Made by a program: the position numbers and the translations under genes. A stretch of DNA of 62,000 nucleotides from NCBI GenBank assembly GCA_013239625.1, contig MU054391.1, positions 186,001 to 248,000 of the forward strand, written 5' to 3'. The number at the start of each line of letters is the position of its first letter. The stretch's first letter is position 1. The notes beneath the pieces are model-generated. The model made no database searches, was not told the DNA's origin, and saw only the letters and a list, made by a program, of their open reading frames with translations. This DNA is from Lama guanicoe (lineage: Eukaryota). Positions 37,437 through 48,087 of the stretch are shown in pieces.

Positions 37437-39279
37437 GGGAGCGAGAATTAGGTGCAGGAATGGGGCACAGGGGGTCACGCAGGGGGGACTTTGGGGAGCC
37501 CACCCTCCGCCTCGTCCATATGGACTCACCTCACACGGGCTCCGAGTGAGAGGGAAAACCAAGGAGGACAAGCAACAGGTATTTTTCAGCTAAATCATCA
37601 TGCCTGAGGCTCGAAAGACGATGTTAAAAGGGACTTTTTCCTGATTATTGTAGAAGAACTCAGCAGGGGGAGGTCCGTCCTCCGTGAGGCTCGGCCACCA
37701 CTGAGGACAGCCAGCCGCAGCCCGGGCCCAGTCTGGTCTGGGGCAGCCCCACTGCCCCGCAGCTTCCTGTCTCGTTCAACCTTCTGTACCCCACCCCACT
37801 TCCCCTGCGGCCCCTCCCCCCTCCCCCAAGGCCCCCCAGGCCCCAGCCACGGGCGGCCGGGGCGGCTCTCTACCAGGTCCACCAGGTCCGGCTTAAACTG
37901 TGGCCCAGCTCCAGTTTCAGGCACTGACGGGCCTTCCCTCTGACCTACCCGGAGGGTGTGCGTGGGCTGCATGGTGGAAGGACACAGTCCAGGCTACAGA
38001 CACATGGTCCTCCTGGCGTTAAAGTCTCCTAATTGTGACCCAGAGATTCATCTGATGCTTAATCCTGTTCAATAAACACCATAGAGAGCAACACGTCCAG
38101 CGCTGGCGAGGGTGGGAACACCAGGCTCACAGGCCGGACCATCGCTGGCGGGTCTGCCACGCGTGTGCCCCCAGCCGCCCGGCGCACAGTCCAGCAAGGT
38201 CGCATGTCCAGGGAGGCATGCTAAAGCGAACACCCCCGAATCAGTGAAAAGAAAACAACTCTGAAGTAAAGGAGCAGGACATCACAATGGAAAAGGCTGC
38301 AAATCGGACTGTCAGCCGTGGACCGCAGCGTCTGTCGGAGGCAGCCCCGGGACAGGCGCCCTGCGAGGTAAATGGGGACCTGGAGCAGCGACGACGGGGG
38401 CCGCAGAGGGACTCCGCTCCCCCAGCTTTTATTTTCAACATGGAGGCAGGTCGCAGCAATGACCAGTCCGTGCCTGTGGAAACGGAACCCTTTGTTTCAG
38501 AGTGGATCCCATTTTTTGTGTAGGATGGTCCACGGTTTATTTACCTAATGTCCTGAATGAGCTGCAGGAGTGATGGGTTCTGGGAAAACGGAACTCAAGA
38601 GCGTCCATGCGCTTTGGTTTTGGCTGCTGCGCTTTCTGCCCTTTCCTTAGTGGGAGAGGAGGCGGGGGAACCCGGTCGCGGTCCTTTCTCTGGCCACGAG
38701 CTTCACGTACAGAACGACTGTGCTGTCCAAGGGGCCGGGTGCCCGGTGAGGCAGGCACAGGTGACCGAGCTCAGCACGAGGGACAGAAAGACTCGAGGCG
38801 AGGGCCCCCCACAGCCCAGGACTGACCCCTCCCAGCGTGCTACTAGAAATCCCAAGGAAACAGAAACAGCGCTTACTACGCGGGAAGCTCGGCTTGTCGG
38901 GGAAGCTGCTGGGCACTTAGCAGGATTCTCGGTAAGTGAGGGTCCCCCTGCCCAGAGTTGTCGCTGCTCCACAGGCTCTGACCCTCGACAAGCAGCGGCG
39001 GCCGTTTCGTTCTCAGAGTCTCCAAACCTGGGGCAGAAGTCAGGGGCTGCCCTGTCCCTACCCGAGGGTGCAGGTCCTACGGCTCAGCTCCGAGCCGGGG
39101 CCCAGGGTGCGGGCGGCGGCGGGTGACCCCACAGACGGTTGTGGAAGCCGCAGCGCTGGAAGAAGGCCCCTCTACATCTCACATATTTGTATGTAAGTTG
39201 AGTTTCTGCTCCTTGAAGCTGGAATTATTCCCAGGAAATTCAGGAGGATGGACGTGTCAAGTAGAAAGTAGAAACCATT

Positions 39280-39410
39280 TAAAATCTAAAAATACATGAC
39301 AATTTTTATAAACACGGTAACACTTGAAGTAATCTGACAGGAAAGGTCAATAAACTTGACTAACTGAAAATTCTGTAGCATACACGCTTTTTCAGGCAGA
39401 ATAAAGGGCA
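39280..39410 (+). mobile_element. Short degenerate L1M ORF2 fragment
   Basis: ggaaaggtcaataaacttgactaactgaaaattctgt resembles L1 ORF2 aaagattgataaatttgactacataaaaattaaaaacttctgt. Confidence 0.35.
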
Positions 39411-40077
39411 GGTTTTGGTGGCAGACGCTGTTGCCAGCACCAGATGTGGCCCCAGATCAGGCCCCCACCCCTGCTCAGAGAGCCCTGCATGCGTGGCCTT
39501 GCCGGCTCAGGGCCCCTACCCTGCAGGTCAGGCTGTCCCTGCAATCAGTGGCCGTGTCTTGGCATGTGGTTGTCTCAGCCCATGCCAGTGAGGCCCCTGG
39601 CCCCAGGCCCCACCTCGGGGCACAGCCTATGGCAGGGGAGTTGGCTCGGTGGTGGGGGCGCCGTGATGCCGGACATGGTCCCCACACCTGTGCTGTGATG
39701 CCTGGTCCCATTCCACAGAGGGGAGTGGGCCAGGGGAGGACGGAACAGAGCCTGGGTGTCCCCCTCAGTCAGCTCAGCCCTCGGCTGACGTGAGGGGTCC
39801 CCGGGGGCCCCACGTTCATCTTCCTGACAAAGGGCGGCACTTCTCTGCCTCTGGACGATGGTACTGGGGCGTGTGGCCCGGATGTGGGAGGAGTGGACGG
39901 GCTGATGCAGGGGCAGAAGAGGGCAGACCCGGAGCCCTGATGGAGGGGGTGAGGCCACCAGCCCTACCAATACATCACTTCTGGGTTTTCATGCCGATAA
40001 TGAGTTGATGCCACTTTCAGAAAGCCTTCCTTGTGCTCACAGCTGGAGGCTTTCTGATTAACAAGACCTCTTCCTAA

Positions 40078-40403
40078 TTGTTGAGATGAATTTTATCCCC
40101 CAAAGAAACAAGTGGAAACCCAACCGGGGTGTGTGCGTGCGATCCAGAGAAGCGAGGCCCTCGGGGGCGTCTGGTCCAACACAACCAGCATCCTTGTAAG
40201 AAGAGGACGCGGCCGCGGAGGCCGGTGGCGGAGCAGCGGAGGGCCGAGGACGCCAGAAGTGGGGAGCGGCAGCACCGGTCCCCTCCAGACCTCAGGGAGG
40301 ACCCTGCTCTCAGATCTCCAGCCTCCAGGAGGTGAGAAAACGAATTCTCCTGTTTTAAGCCCCCGAGCCCGTGGGACTCTTATGGCGGCCCCAGCAAATT
40401 ACT
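40078..40403 (+). mobile_element. MLT1B/C-like MaLR solo LTR
   Basis: Starts tgttgagatgaattttatcccccaaag; internal atccttgtaagaagagga; ends ctccagcctccagga.gtgagaaaacgaattctcctgttttaagcc...gtgggactcttatggcggccccagcaaatta. Confidence 0.8.
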
Positions 40404-40454
40404 GGAGAATCTGGTCGTGGGAAGTGGGCGCTGCTGTCACAGACATGGGAGGAA

Positions 40455-40826
40455 AGAGAAAGAAAATGCCAGACGGTATCACTTACGTGTGGAGTCTAAA
40501 AACAGAAAGACACCAATGAACGTATTTACAAAACAGAAACAGACTCACGGACACAGAGAACAAACCGACGGTTACCAGGGGGCTGGGGGCGGGCAGGAAT
40601 AAAGCAGGAGCTCAAGATTTACAGATACTGACTACTATACATAAACTAGCTGAACACCGAGGCCCTGCTGAGCAGCACAGGAAACTCCGCTCAATACCTC
40701 GTAATGGCCTGCAGTGAAAAAGGTATGAGAACAAACACGTGTGTGCACATGTGTGCCTGAAACATGATGCGGTGCACCAGAAATTAGCATAGCATTGCAA
40801 ACTGACTGTACTTCAGTTAAAAAATC
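40455..40826 (+). mobile_element. 5'-truncated camelid/cetartiodactyl L1 3' end with short A tail
   Basis: tatcacttacgtgtggagtctaaaa...tatttacaaaacagaaacagactcac.gacacagagaacaaac..cggttaccaggggg...agcacaggaaact..gctcaatacctcgtaat...gcaccagaaatt...cattgcaaactgactgtacttcagttaaaaaa. Confidence 0.88.
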
Positions 40827-41700
40827 CAGAGTAAACAAAAATTAAAAGACAAAACACAGGGGAACGTGGAAGAGACTTTGGCTGGGGCATCAGGCACGGC
40901 CGGCAGAGCTGAGTCTGACGACAGAGACGCCAGGACGCCCTGAAGAGGCTGTGGTTGACGCACAGGCCGGAGGGGCTCGTGGGGGCTCGGCGCGGAGGAG
41001 GACGCGCGCTGTCCCGGGGCCCACACGCATCGCCGCGCTGGGGGGGCGCTGCTGGGAGGTCTGGACCCGAGGCCGTGTCTCTGGACCCGGAGGAGAGCCG
41101 TCCCGCTGTGAGGAGCCAGAGACCTCGGCTGAACCGTGTGCACTGCTGGGGGAACGTGAACTTGTAAGTGGTGAGCTTGGGTTTTCAGCTGAGATTTCCA
41201 AACAGACAGTGCAGGCTGGTTTCTTCTCGCTGTTTACAGTCCAGCGTGAGAGGAAAGAGGAAGACAGAGGGCGGGGCCCCGAATGTTTGTTGTGGCCTCA
41301 TTTGGAAGCAGTGTCTTTGCAGATGTGACCAAGGTGGAGACACGTACCAGGCAGGGCTGTTCTCCCGCCCCGGGGCTGACGCACCAGCGATCGCACAGAC
41401 ACACACGGAGAGAGCGACAGAGCGCTCGGCGTCAGTGCAACCCCGGCGTTCCCGTCCGCTGTTCCGTAAGTGACAGCACCCCGTGTGCGGCTCCTCTGCC
41501 TGTCGGGGGTAGAAGTACCAGCTGACGTGAACTCGCTGGAAAGAGTTTGGAGACAACTTCTGAAACCCTTGAATGTTTTTTTTTACCATTTCGTTGCCTC
41601 ATAGACAATTTTACAATTAATCCTTCAGAGCTTCCTAGTGAGACGCCTACAATCAAATTTTACTTTAAGGTAGCATGTACACTGAAAGCCGTCGTAGCTT

Positions 41701-41855
41701 GTGTTGTGTGCACACGTGGGTGCACGCATGTGTAGGTGTGTGCACACGTCTTCCCGCGCACACACACGTTTATGTGTGCGTGTGTACGTGTGTGCACATG
41801 TTCCTGCATGTGTGTGCGCACATGTGCATACACGTGAATGTGTGCATGTGTGTGG
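41701..41855. repeat. Degenerate (TG/CA/CG) alternating purine-pyrimidine tract, about 150 bp
   Basis: gtgtgcacacgtgggtgcacgcatgtgt...gtgtgtgcgcacatgtgcatacacgtgaatgtgtgcatgtgtgtgg read directly. Confidence 0.85.
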
Positions 41856-42869
41856 CTCCACAGCCACACCCTCCTGACTTCATTCCTCGTCTCAGCAGCA
41901 GAGGCTGGTCCTTGACCGGTTGCCGCCCCTCCCTCCTCTCCTCTCCAGGTCCCTCAGGGCCACACTGCTGCTCCCACGCCCTCCCCACCCTCTCGGCCAC
42001 GTGCCGGCCCCTCCCTGTCCGGCACAACAGGACCACTGGCCGCACCCCTTTCTCCTGTGCTTCAGTACTCAGGCAGTAATCACTGATAACAGTTTTTTCC
42101 TGAATTGTTCTTTGGTTCTGAAGCAGTAACTAATGCTTGTAAAAGGATAAAGTCAATTTTGAAGATACTGTTCAAATTCAGAAAGAGTTTCAGTGCATGA
42201 CTGAAATTTGCAATTCCCAAACCAAAACATTATGCCTCAAACTTCACACTATTTCATCATTTTTAATTTTGTTTTTCCCCACCATTTAAAATTTTAAACA
42301 CGAAAACTCCAAGTGAGGAGTCTCATGGCCTCAAGTTCTGTCTCGTTTTTGTGTAATAATGACGGTTGCTGTGTTCTTTCTGAATCGACTGTCTAGCAGC
42401 AGGGCTAAGTTGCCCCCAGAAGGGGTCTTCACGAACTCGCTGTGACGGGAGAGCCGTGTGCCGAGCACCACAAGCATGCGTGTGGCTGTAAGTTCTCGGA
42501 TTCAGTGGGCTCGTGGAATACAGTTTTATGAAAGACTGCACAGTAAACTATGCTAATGCGAAGTTTGCATATATTATTAAAACCCAGTAGGAACCTCAGC
42601 AATTATTCAGAGCTCAGACTGGCAGAGAGCTGCTGTGGGGAGGAGCGCGGTATCTCTGGCATCACTTAGCATTCCAGGGACAGTGAGGAGACGGAGCCGC
42701 CGCCGCTGCTGGTCTGAGTGTTATTATAAACTATCTACAGAGAGAGTGCTGCCCCCCACCCCTGTCCCCCCGCCACGGCGGGCCGCGGCCACATGGCATT
42801 AACAGGGTGTGGGGTCTTCCTGTGGAAGGGGAACCTGGGCTGACAGTCATTTACTTGTTTCCTGCTGGT

Positions 42870-43030
42870 CTGTTCCCAGGAGTGGGGACTGTGGGTCAAG
42901 GGTGCAGGCATTTTAAGCAAATCGACAGAACGGCTGAATTGCTTTCTGGAAGTTGAGTCCTGCTCTGTACTGTGACCAGCCTGTGTTCACACACCTTCAC
43001 TGACGGTCTTAACTTTTGTTCTATTAATTT
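42870..43030 (-). mobile_element. Old L1ME-type fragment
   Basis: ttcccaggagtggggactgtgggtcaagggtgcaggcattttaa...gacagaacggctgaattgctttctggaag matches the antisense L1ME ORF2 end. Confidence 0.55.
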
Positions 43031-43679
43031 CTCGAGCCGTGTTAGTTTTTGTGTTCTGGCTCCTACTATTTCACCTTGTAGATGAATTGAGAGCCTTTTC
43101 CCTGAACCGGTGAGATTTTGAGCAGGCGACTTTCTCAGAGGTCCGGCAGGGGAAGCCGTGAAGTCACCCTGTCAGACAGCTGGCTTCCCCGCGCGCTGCG
43201 CGTTCCCGAGCTCCGCCTTGGCTCTCAGTGCACAAGCCCGGCTGCACCACTTCCAGCCTGGCCTTAGCCAGCGGTTCACAGGAAGGAGCGGCTCTGTCAC
43301 TGTGTCTCCTCTGGGCATTAATGTGATTTCTGCTCCGCAATTTCCAACCCGTTCTTTCAGACCACTTAATATTTCATATTGGTAATTAGCAAATTCTTGT
43401 TATTCAGTGCTAATTTTGAACATTCCATCTATTTTTGTGAGACCCTTTTTCGGTAAAGTAACCTTAATTTCTTCTAAATGTTCACTATAGTCACAAGACT
43501 GCTCTACACCCGGGGTCACACTGCCCTTCTGCGCCCTCCGCCCCCTCCCAGCCGACCAGCTCGCACACTTCTCCAGCACCGACCATGTGGCGGCAGGAGC
43601 CGGGAGGTGGGGCCGGGCCCAAGCTGAAGAGGGAGGGAGGGGTGACATTTGTTAAGAGCCTGCTGGCGGTAGCTGTTTT

Positions 43680-43770
43680 CTCACAACGTCTGTGAATTCA
43701 TTTCCATGGGACCCATTTGGTAGAGGAGGAAACAGAGGCCCAAAAACCAAGGTGGGTTACATGTCCTTCC
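43680..43770 (-). mobile_element. MIR fragment
   Basis: cccatttggtagaggaggaaacagaggcccaaaa resembles cccattttacagatgaggaaactgaggcccaga. Confidence 0.5.
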
Positions 43771-44479
43771 TTGTTCTGATGTGAATTAGAATTTGCTGCG
43801 TAGCCCTGGACCACAGCCCCCAACACGTCCGTGTGTGTGCCCCCACACAGGGCTTCTGCACGGAGGCCGCTCTGCCCCCGGGACATGGGGAGAGGTCTGG
43901 TCACAGGTCTGCATGCTGTGCCTGGGGGACAGGCACTGCCACATCTGTGGTTGAGGCCCGGGGTCTGCTAAACTCCCCGCCAGGCCCTGGAAGCCCCAGC
44001 CAGGACCCCAGCCCCACTGGGGAGGAGAAGGAGACTGCCTGGTCCCCACCCTCCTCCAGTCAGACTCAGGGAAATGCTGTTCATGGGTGGAGTGGCCCTT
44101 CCCAGTGCATCTGTCCACGACATCTATGCCACGTCTAACCTCGATTTTCCCTCTGTATTTATTTCTAACTTAAGTCAGATCCCATTATGAGGATAGCTCT
44201 ACAAGCATTTGCTTTCTTCTACCTCAAATATTATAGACATTTTGTCGAGAGACCTCTGCCTTCAGGTCACTGTCTCGATGCTCAGTGCACACACCCCTTG
44301 TGAGGACGCACACAGGATCATCCGGACATCCCCCCTGGGGTCTGAGGTCAATTTCATTTCTCAGTTCCCGACGTGGGTCTTCCGGCTCCCACTACTCTGT
44401 GATGGTGGTGTCCCAGAAGCGGGCCTGGTGGTCACCATGTAGTCACTGCTTCCATGTGAGTTGGGCACACACCTGAATC

Positions 44480-44750
44480 TCCCTTGTCTGTGAGAGGGGC
44501 CGGCGCTCCATGTCCCTGCCAGGTTGGGAGGCAGCAACTCCTTACTTTGTGAGGTGAGCTAACAAGGAAGACATGCCTTTCGTGCCCTAGCCATTTCACT
44601 TCCTTCTGTGAACTGACCGCATGCCGTGTGTTGTCTTCTTGGGTTAATGTTGCTCCTCACTGACCACAGGGACTTCTGTGTGGCTGTAACTGATCCTGTG
44701 CCTGTAGCAGATAAGGCAGGCTTCTTCTCTTTGTCTGTCTGCTGATGACA
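44480..44750 (-). mobile_element. Degenerate old L1M ORF2 fragment
   Basis: tagccatttcacttccttctgtgaactgaccgcatg...cttgggttaatgttgctcctcactga...actgatcctgtg...tcttctctttgtctgt follows antisense L1 ORF2. Confidence 0.4.
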
Positions 44751-44910
44751 TCTTCACAGCCTGTTTCTTGCATTTGAGAACATGGCAGGGGTCACCATCT
44801 TTGTGTTCCTGTTCCAAACATGAGTCCAGGCAGGCAGGAGGCACTGGTAAATCTCAGCAAACCTAATAATTTGCAATGCAGAAGTGAGTTTTGTGAATGC
44901 TTTTCTTCAA

Positions 44911-46345
44911 ATACAAAATATGAACAGAACAATTCCCAGTAATAACATAGAACCTGTAACAAAAACATCTCCCAAGAAATGAAAGTCCAGGACCAGATGG
45001 CTTCACAGGTGAATTCTACCAAACACTTAGAGAAGAGTTAACACCTATCCTCAAACTATTCCAAAAAATTGCAGAAAAGGAATGCTTCTGAACTCATTCT
45101 ACAAAGCTTGCATCACACTAACACTAAAATCAAAGCTGTTGCAAAAAATGAAAATTGCAGGCCAACATCACTGGCGAACATAGGTGCAAAAATACTAAAG
45201 TAAATATTAGCAAACCAAATCCAACAATACATTAAAAGGGTCATACATCATGACCTAGTGGGAGTCATCCCAGGGATGCAAGGATGGTTCAGTATTGGCA
45301 AATCAATCAATGTAATACATCACATCAACAAACTGAAGAATGAAAACCACGTTATCATCTCAATAGATGCAGAAAAAGCTTTGACAAAATTTAACATCCA
45401 CTTATGGTAAAAAAAAAAAAAACTCTCACGGAAGTAGGTATAAAGAGAACATACTTCCACATGAAGATCATGTGTAATGAGCCCAGAGCTAACGTCAGGC
45501 TCAGTGGTGAAAATCTGAATGCACTTCCTCCAAGATCAGGGGCAAGACAGGGATGTCCACTCACAGCTTTTATTCAAAATAGTATTGGAAGTCCTAGCCA
45601 CAGCAATCAGAGAAGAAAGAGAAATGAAAGCAATCTATACTGGAGATAAAGATGTAAATCTGTCACTCTTTGCTGATGACATGATACTATAAATAGAAAA
45701 TCCTCAAGACACCGCCAAATACTACTAGAGCTCATCAATTAATTTGGTAAAGATGCAGGATACAAAATTAATATACAGAAATTTATTGCATTTCTGTACA
45801 CTAATAATGAACTATCAGAAAGAGAAATTTCTTTTAAAAATATTTTTTACAACTGAATCAAAAAGAATAAAATATCTAGGAATAAATCTAACTAAAGAGG
45901 TTAAAGAAAGAAAACTATAAGATGAAAGAAATTGAAGATGACACAAAAAGATGGAAAGAAACACCATGTTCTTGGATTAGAAGAGTCAATATTGTTAAAA
46001 TGACCATACTACCCAAGGCAAGCTAGAGATTCAATGCAATGTCTGTGAAAACACCAATGGCATTCTTCACAGAACTAGAAAAAATATTCTGAAATTTGTA
46101 TGGCTACACAAAAGACCCCAAATAGCCAAAATAATCTTCAGAAAGAAGAACAAAACTGGTGATATAATACATGCCCTGATTTCAGATGTTACTAGAAAGC
46201 TACAACCATCAAAACAGTATAGTACTGCACAAAAACAGACGCATAGATCAATGGAACAGAATAGAGAGCCCAGAAGTGAACCCACGCTTATATGAGCAAT
46301 TAATCTATGACAAAGGAGGCAAGAGTATAGAATGGGGAAAGGACA
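44911..46345 (+). mobile_element. LINE-1 ORF2 internal fragment including the reverse transcriptase domain (pseudogenised)
   Basis: agtccaggaccagatggcttcacaggtgaattctacc ([12 protein letters not shown]) ~44984; GARQGCPL ~45539; ctgtcactctttgctgatgacatgatacta = [10 protein letters not shown] at 45660-45689, followed by [21 protein letters not shown] ~46231. Many stops and frameshifts; no 3' UTR follows. Confidence 0.95.
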
Positions 46346-47689
46346 GCCTCCCCACAAAGGGCAGCTCCATGCTACAAATTCCAACCAGGTTTGAAGATTC
46401 TTAGAAAGTTTAAAATCTTCACAGTTTTCACCAGCCACTGTCACTTCTGTGGGAAAAGCCAACAGACGTTTCATGAGCACAATGTTCAACTGCTCTTTAA
46501 ATTTCTACTTGACCTTCTCATCACTCTAACCAATGCCAGTGTAAGGCGGGGGGGGGGGGTGGTTTCTGGGTTGTTCTGATATTCCTCAATTTGAAAAATT
46601 CCACTAACGATTTAAAATTAAGTCTCGAACAGCCTTCATCATTTGCAGTTTGGGTCAGTAGAACCGTGTTCCCATGGGATGTCAAAAGCAGCAAAAGCAG
46701 AAATGAGCTTCAAGGAGGGCAAGCGAGTATCCTGGAAGGCGCCATCCCTTTGGCTCTGCATCCCTACTTCCCTTCCTGGGAGAAGGCTCAGAATCGTAAA
46801 CCCACTTCCCTCTGGCCCGTCCGTCTCAGGCATCTGCCTCCTGGGCCAGTCTCCCAACAGACTCCTGACCTCCAAACAGACTAATCCGCAGCGAGCATTA
46901 CATTGTGCTTTAGGTCAAAGGGCATTTTCACACTTCCGTACCACAGTGAGGGTAAGGTGGGTGCAGAGGAATCTCCTTGAGGCTCGTGTGCTCCCTCAGG
47001 GGTATGCCTTCAACCCAGCCTTCTTACCCGCAGAAGCTGCCCCCCGGCTTTCCTCCGCCTTCAATCACAAAAGCCTCTGGCAGCATTGATGGCGGTCTCT
47101 GATTGGACACCCCAGGCGCGAGTGAGACACTGAGACATTTACGTGAATACTCACTGTCAGTCTCGCCTAGAGGGGCTCCGAGACCAGCCAGTGGGAGGCT
47201 GGGGACGTCCTCAGGGCCACTGGCTCTCCTAAGCGAGGTCTGAGCCTCCAGGCAGGACTCTTATATCTTCAGAGAGACAGGAAGTGATGTGTCCTGGTGG
47301 TTTTTCACTGAATCTCCTGGCTTCTCTGGAAACCTTCCCTCCCACCTCAGCCTGCCACGTTCTTCCCCTCCATTCACCTTCAGGATTTCCTACAGTGCGT
47401 CACAGAGCACGTGCTCCCATGTGGCTGGAGTTAGAAATGGATCCTTGGATCTACTGAGTCCAATCTGCGTCCCAACAGGATTACTGGAGGCTCAGGGCAG
47501 ATTGAGAGGAGAAGCATCACCCCTCTGCTCTGGGCAGGTGGGCTCATACTGCTGCTTTTTGTGCATGAAGGTCTCATGTGCCCAAGTCAATCCAAGGTCC
47601 CCGAAGGACATAGCCCCGTGCTGGTCTTTAACCCCCATGGCCACTTTCTCAGTCTTCCGTTTCATCACATTTGCTCAAGAGCCAGCAGT

Positions 47690-48087
47690 CATACTCGATT
47701 CAGCTACTTTATTTTCAAATATACAGTCTTTAACATTTATAAAAGAGGCAGCTAACTTTTCCCAAAATGCTCACATAATACAGAAATTGATTGAAGTAAC
47801 ATTGAGGGTAATTAGGAAACAGTGTAGATTATTTTAAAATTTTCAAGTAAATTGTTTTGTCAGTTGTATAGCTCTTCGGACACTGATTTCACACTTGTAA
47901 TACACTTAATGGAGATCAGCTTCTGTGATTCAACGAAAAACCACCAGGACACATCACTTCCTGTCTCTCTGACACCGCCGGCATTTCCCGTTAGCTTTTG
48001 GATGGCTGATGCGTTGGTTGAGTTCTTCTAGGAAACATTCAGGAGGCTGTCTCGTAAAGTAATGGGAGTGGAGGTGCGGTAACAGAC
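47690..48087 (-). other. Possible terminal exon of an unidentified minus-strand transcript
   Basis: Minus-strand acceptor cctttcctttgggttttctgcag|G (AG at 48089-48088), then AT-rich UTR-like sequence and AATAAA at 47713-47708. No recognisable protein in any frame. Confidence 0.2.

Noticed and set aside
36580..37593. Longest ORFs in the track (223-323 aa)
   Set aside because: Artefacts of reading through the 639-N gap.
45404..46404. Reverse transcriptase as a novel RT-based system (retron/DGR-like)
   Set aside because: It is ordinary LINE-1 RT (QG and FADD motifs) with stops and frameshifts, in a mammalian context.
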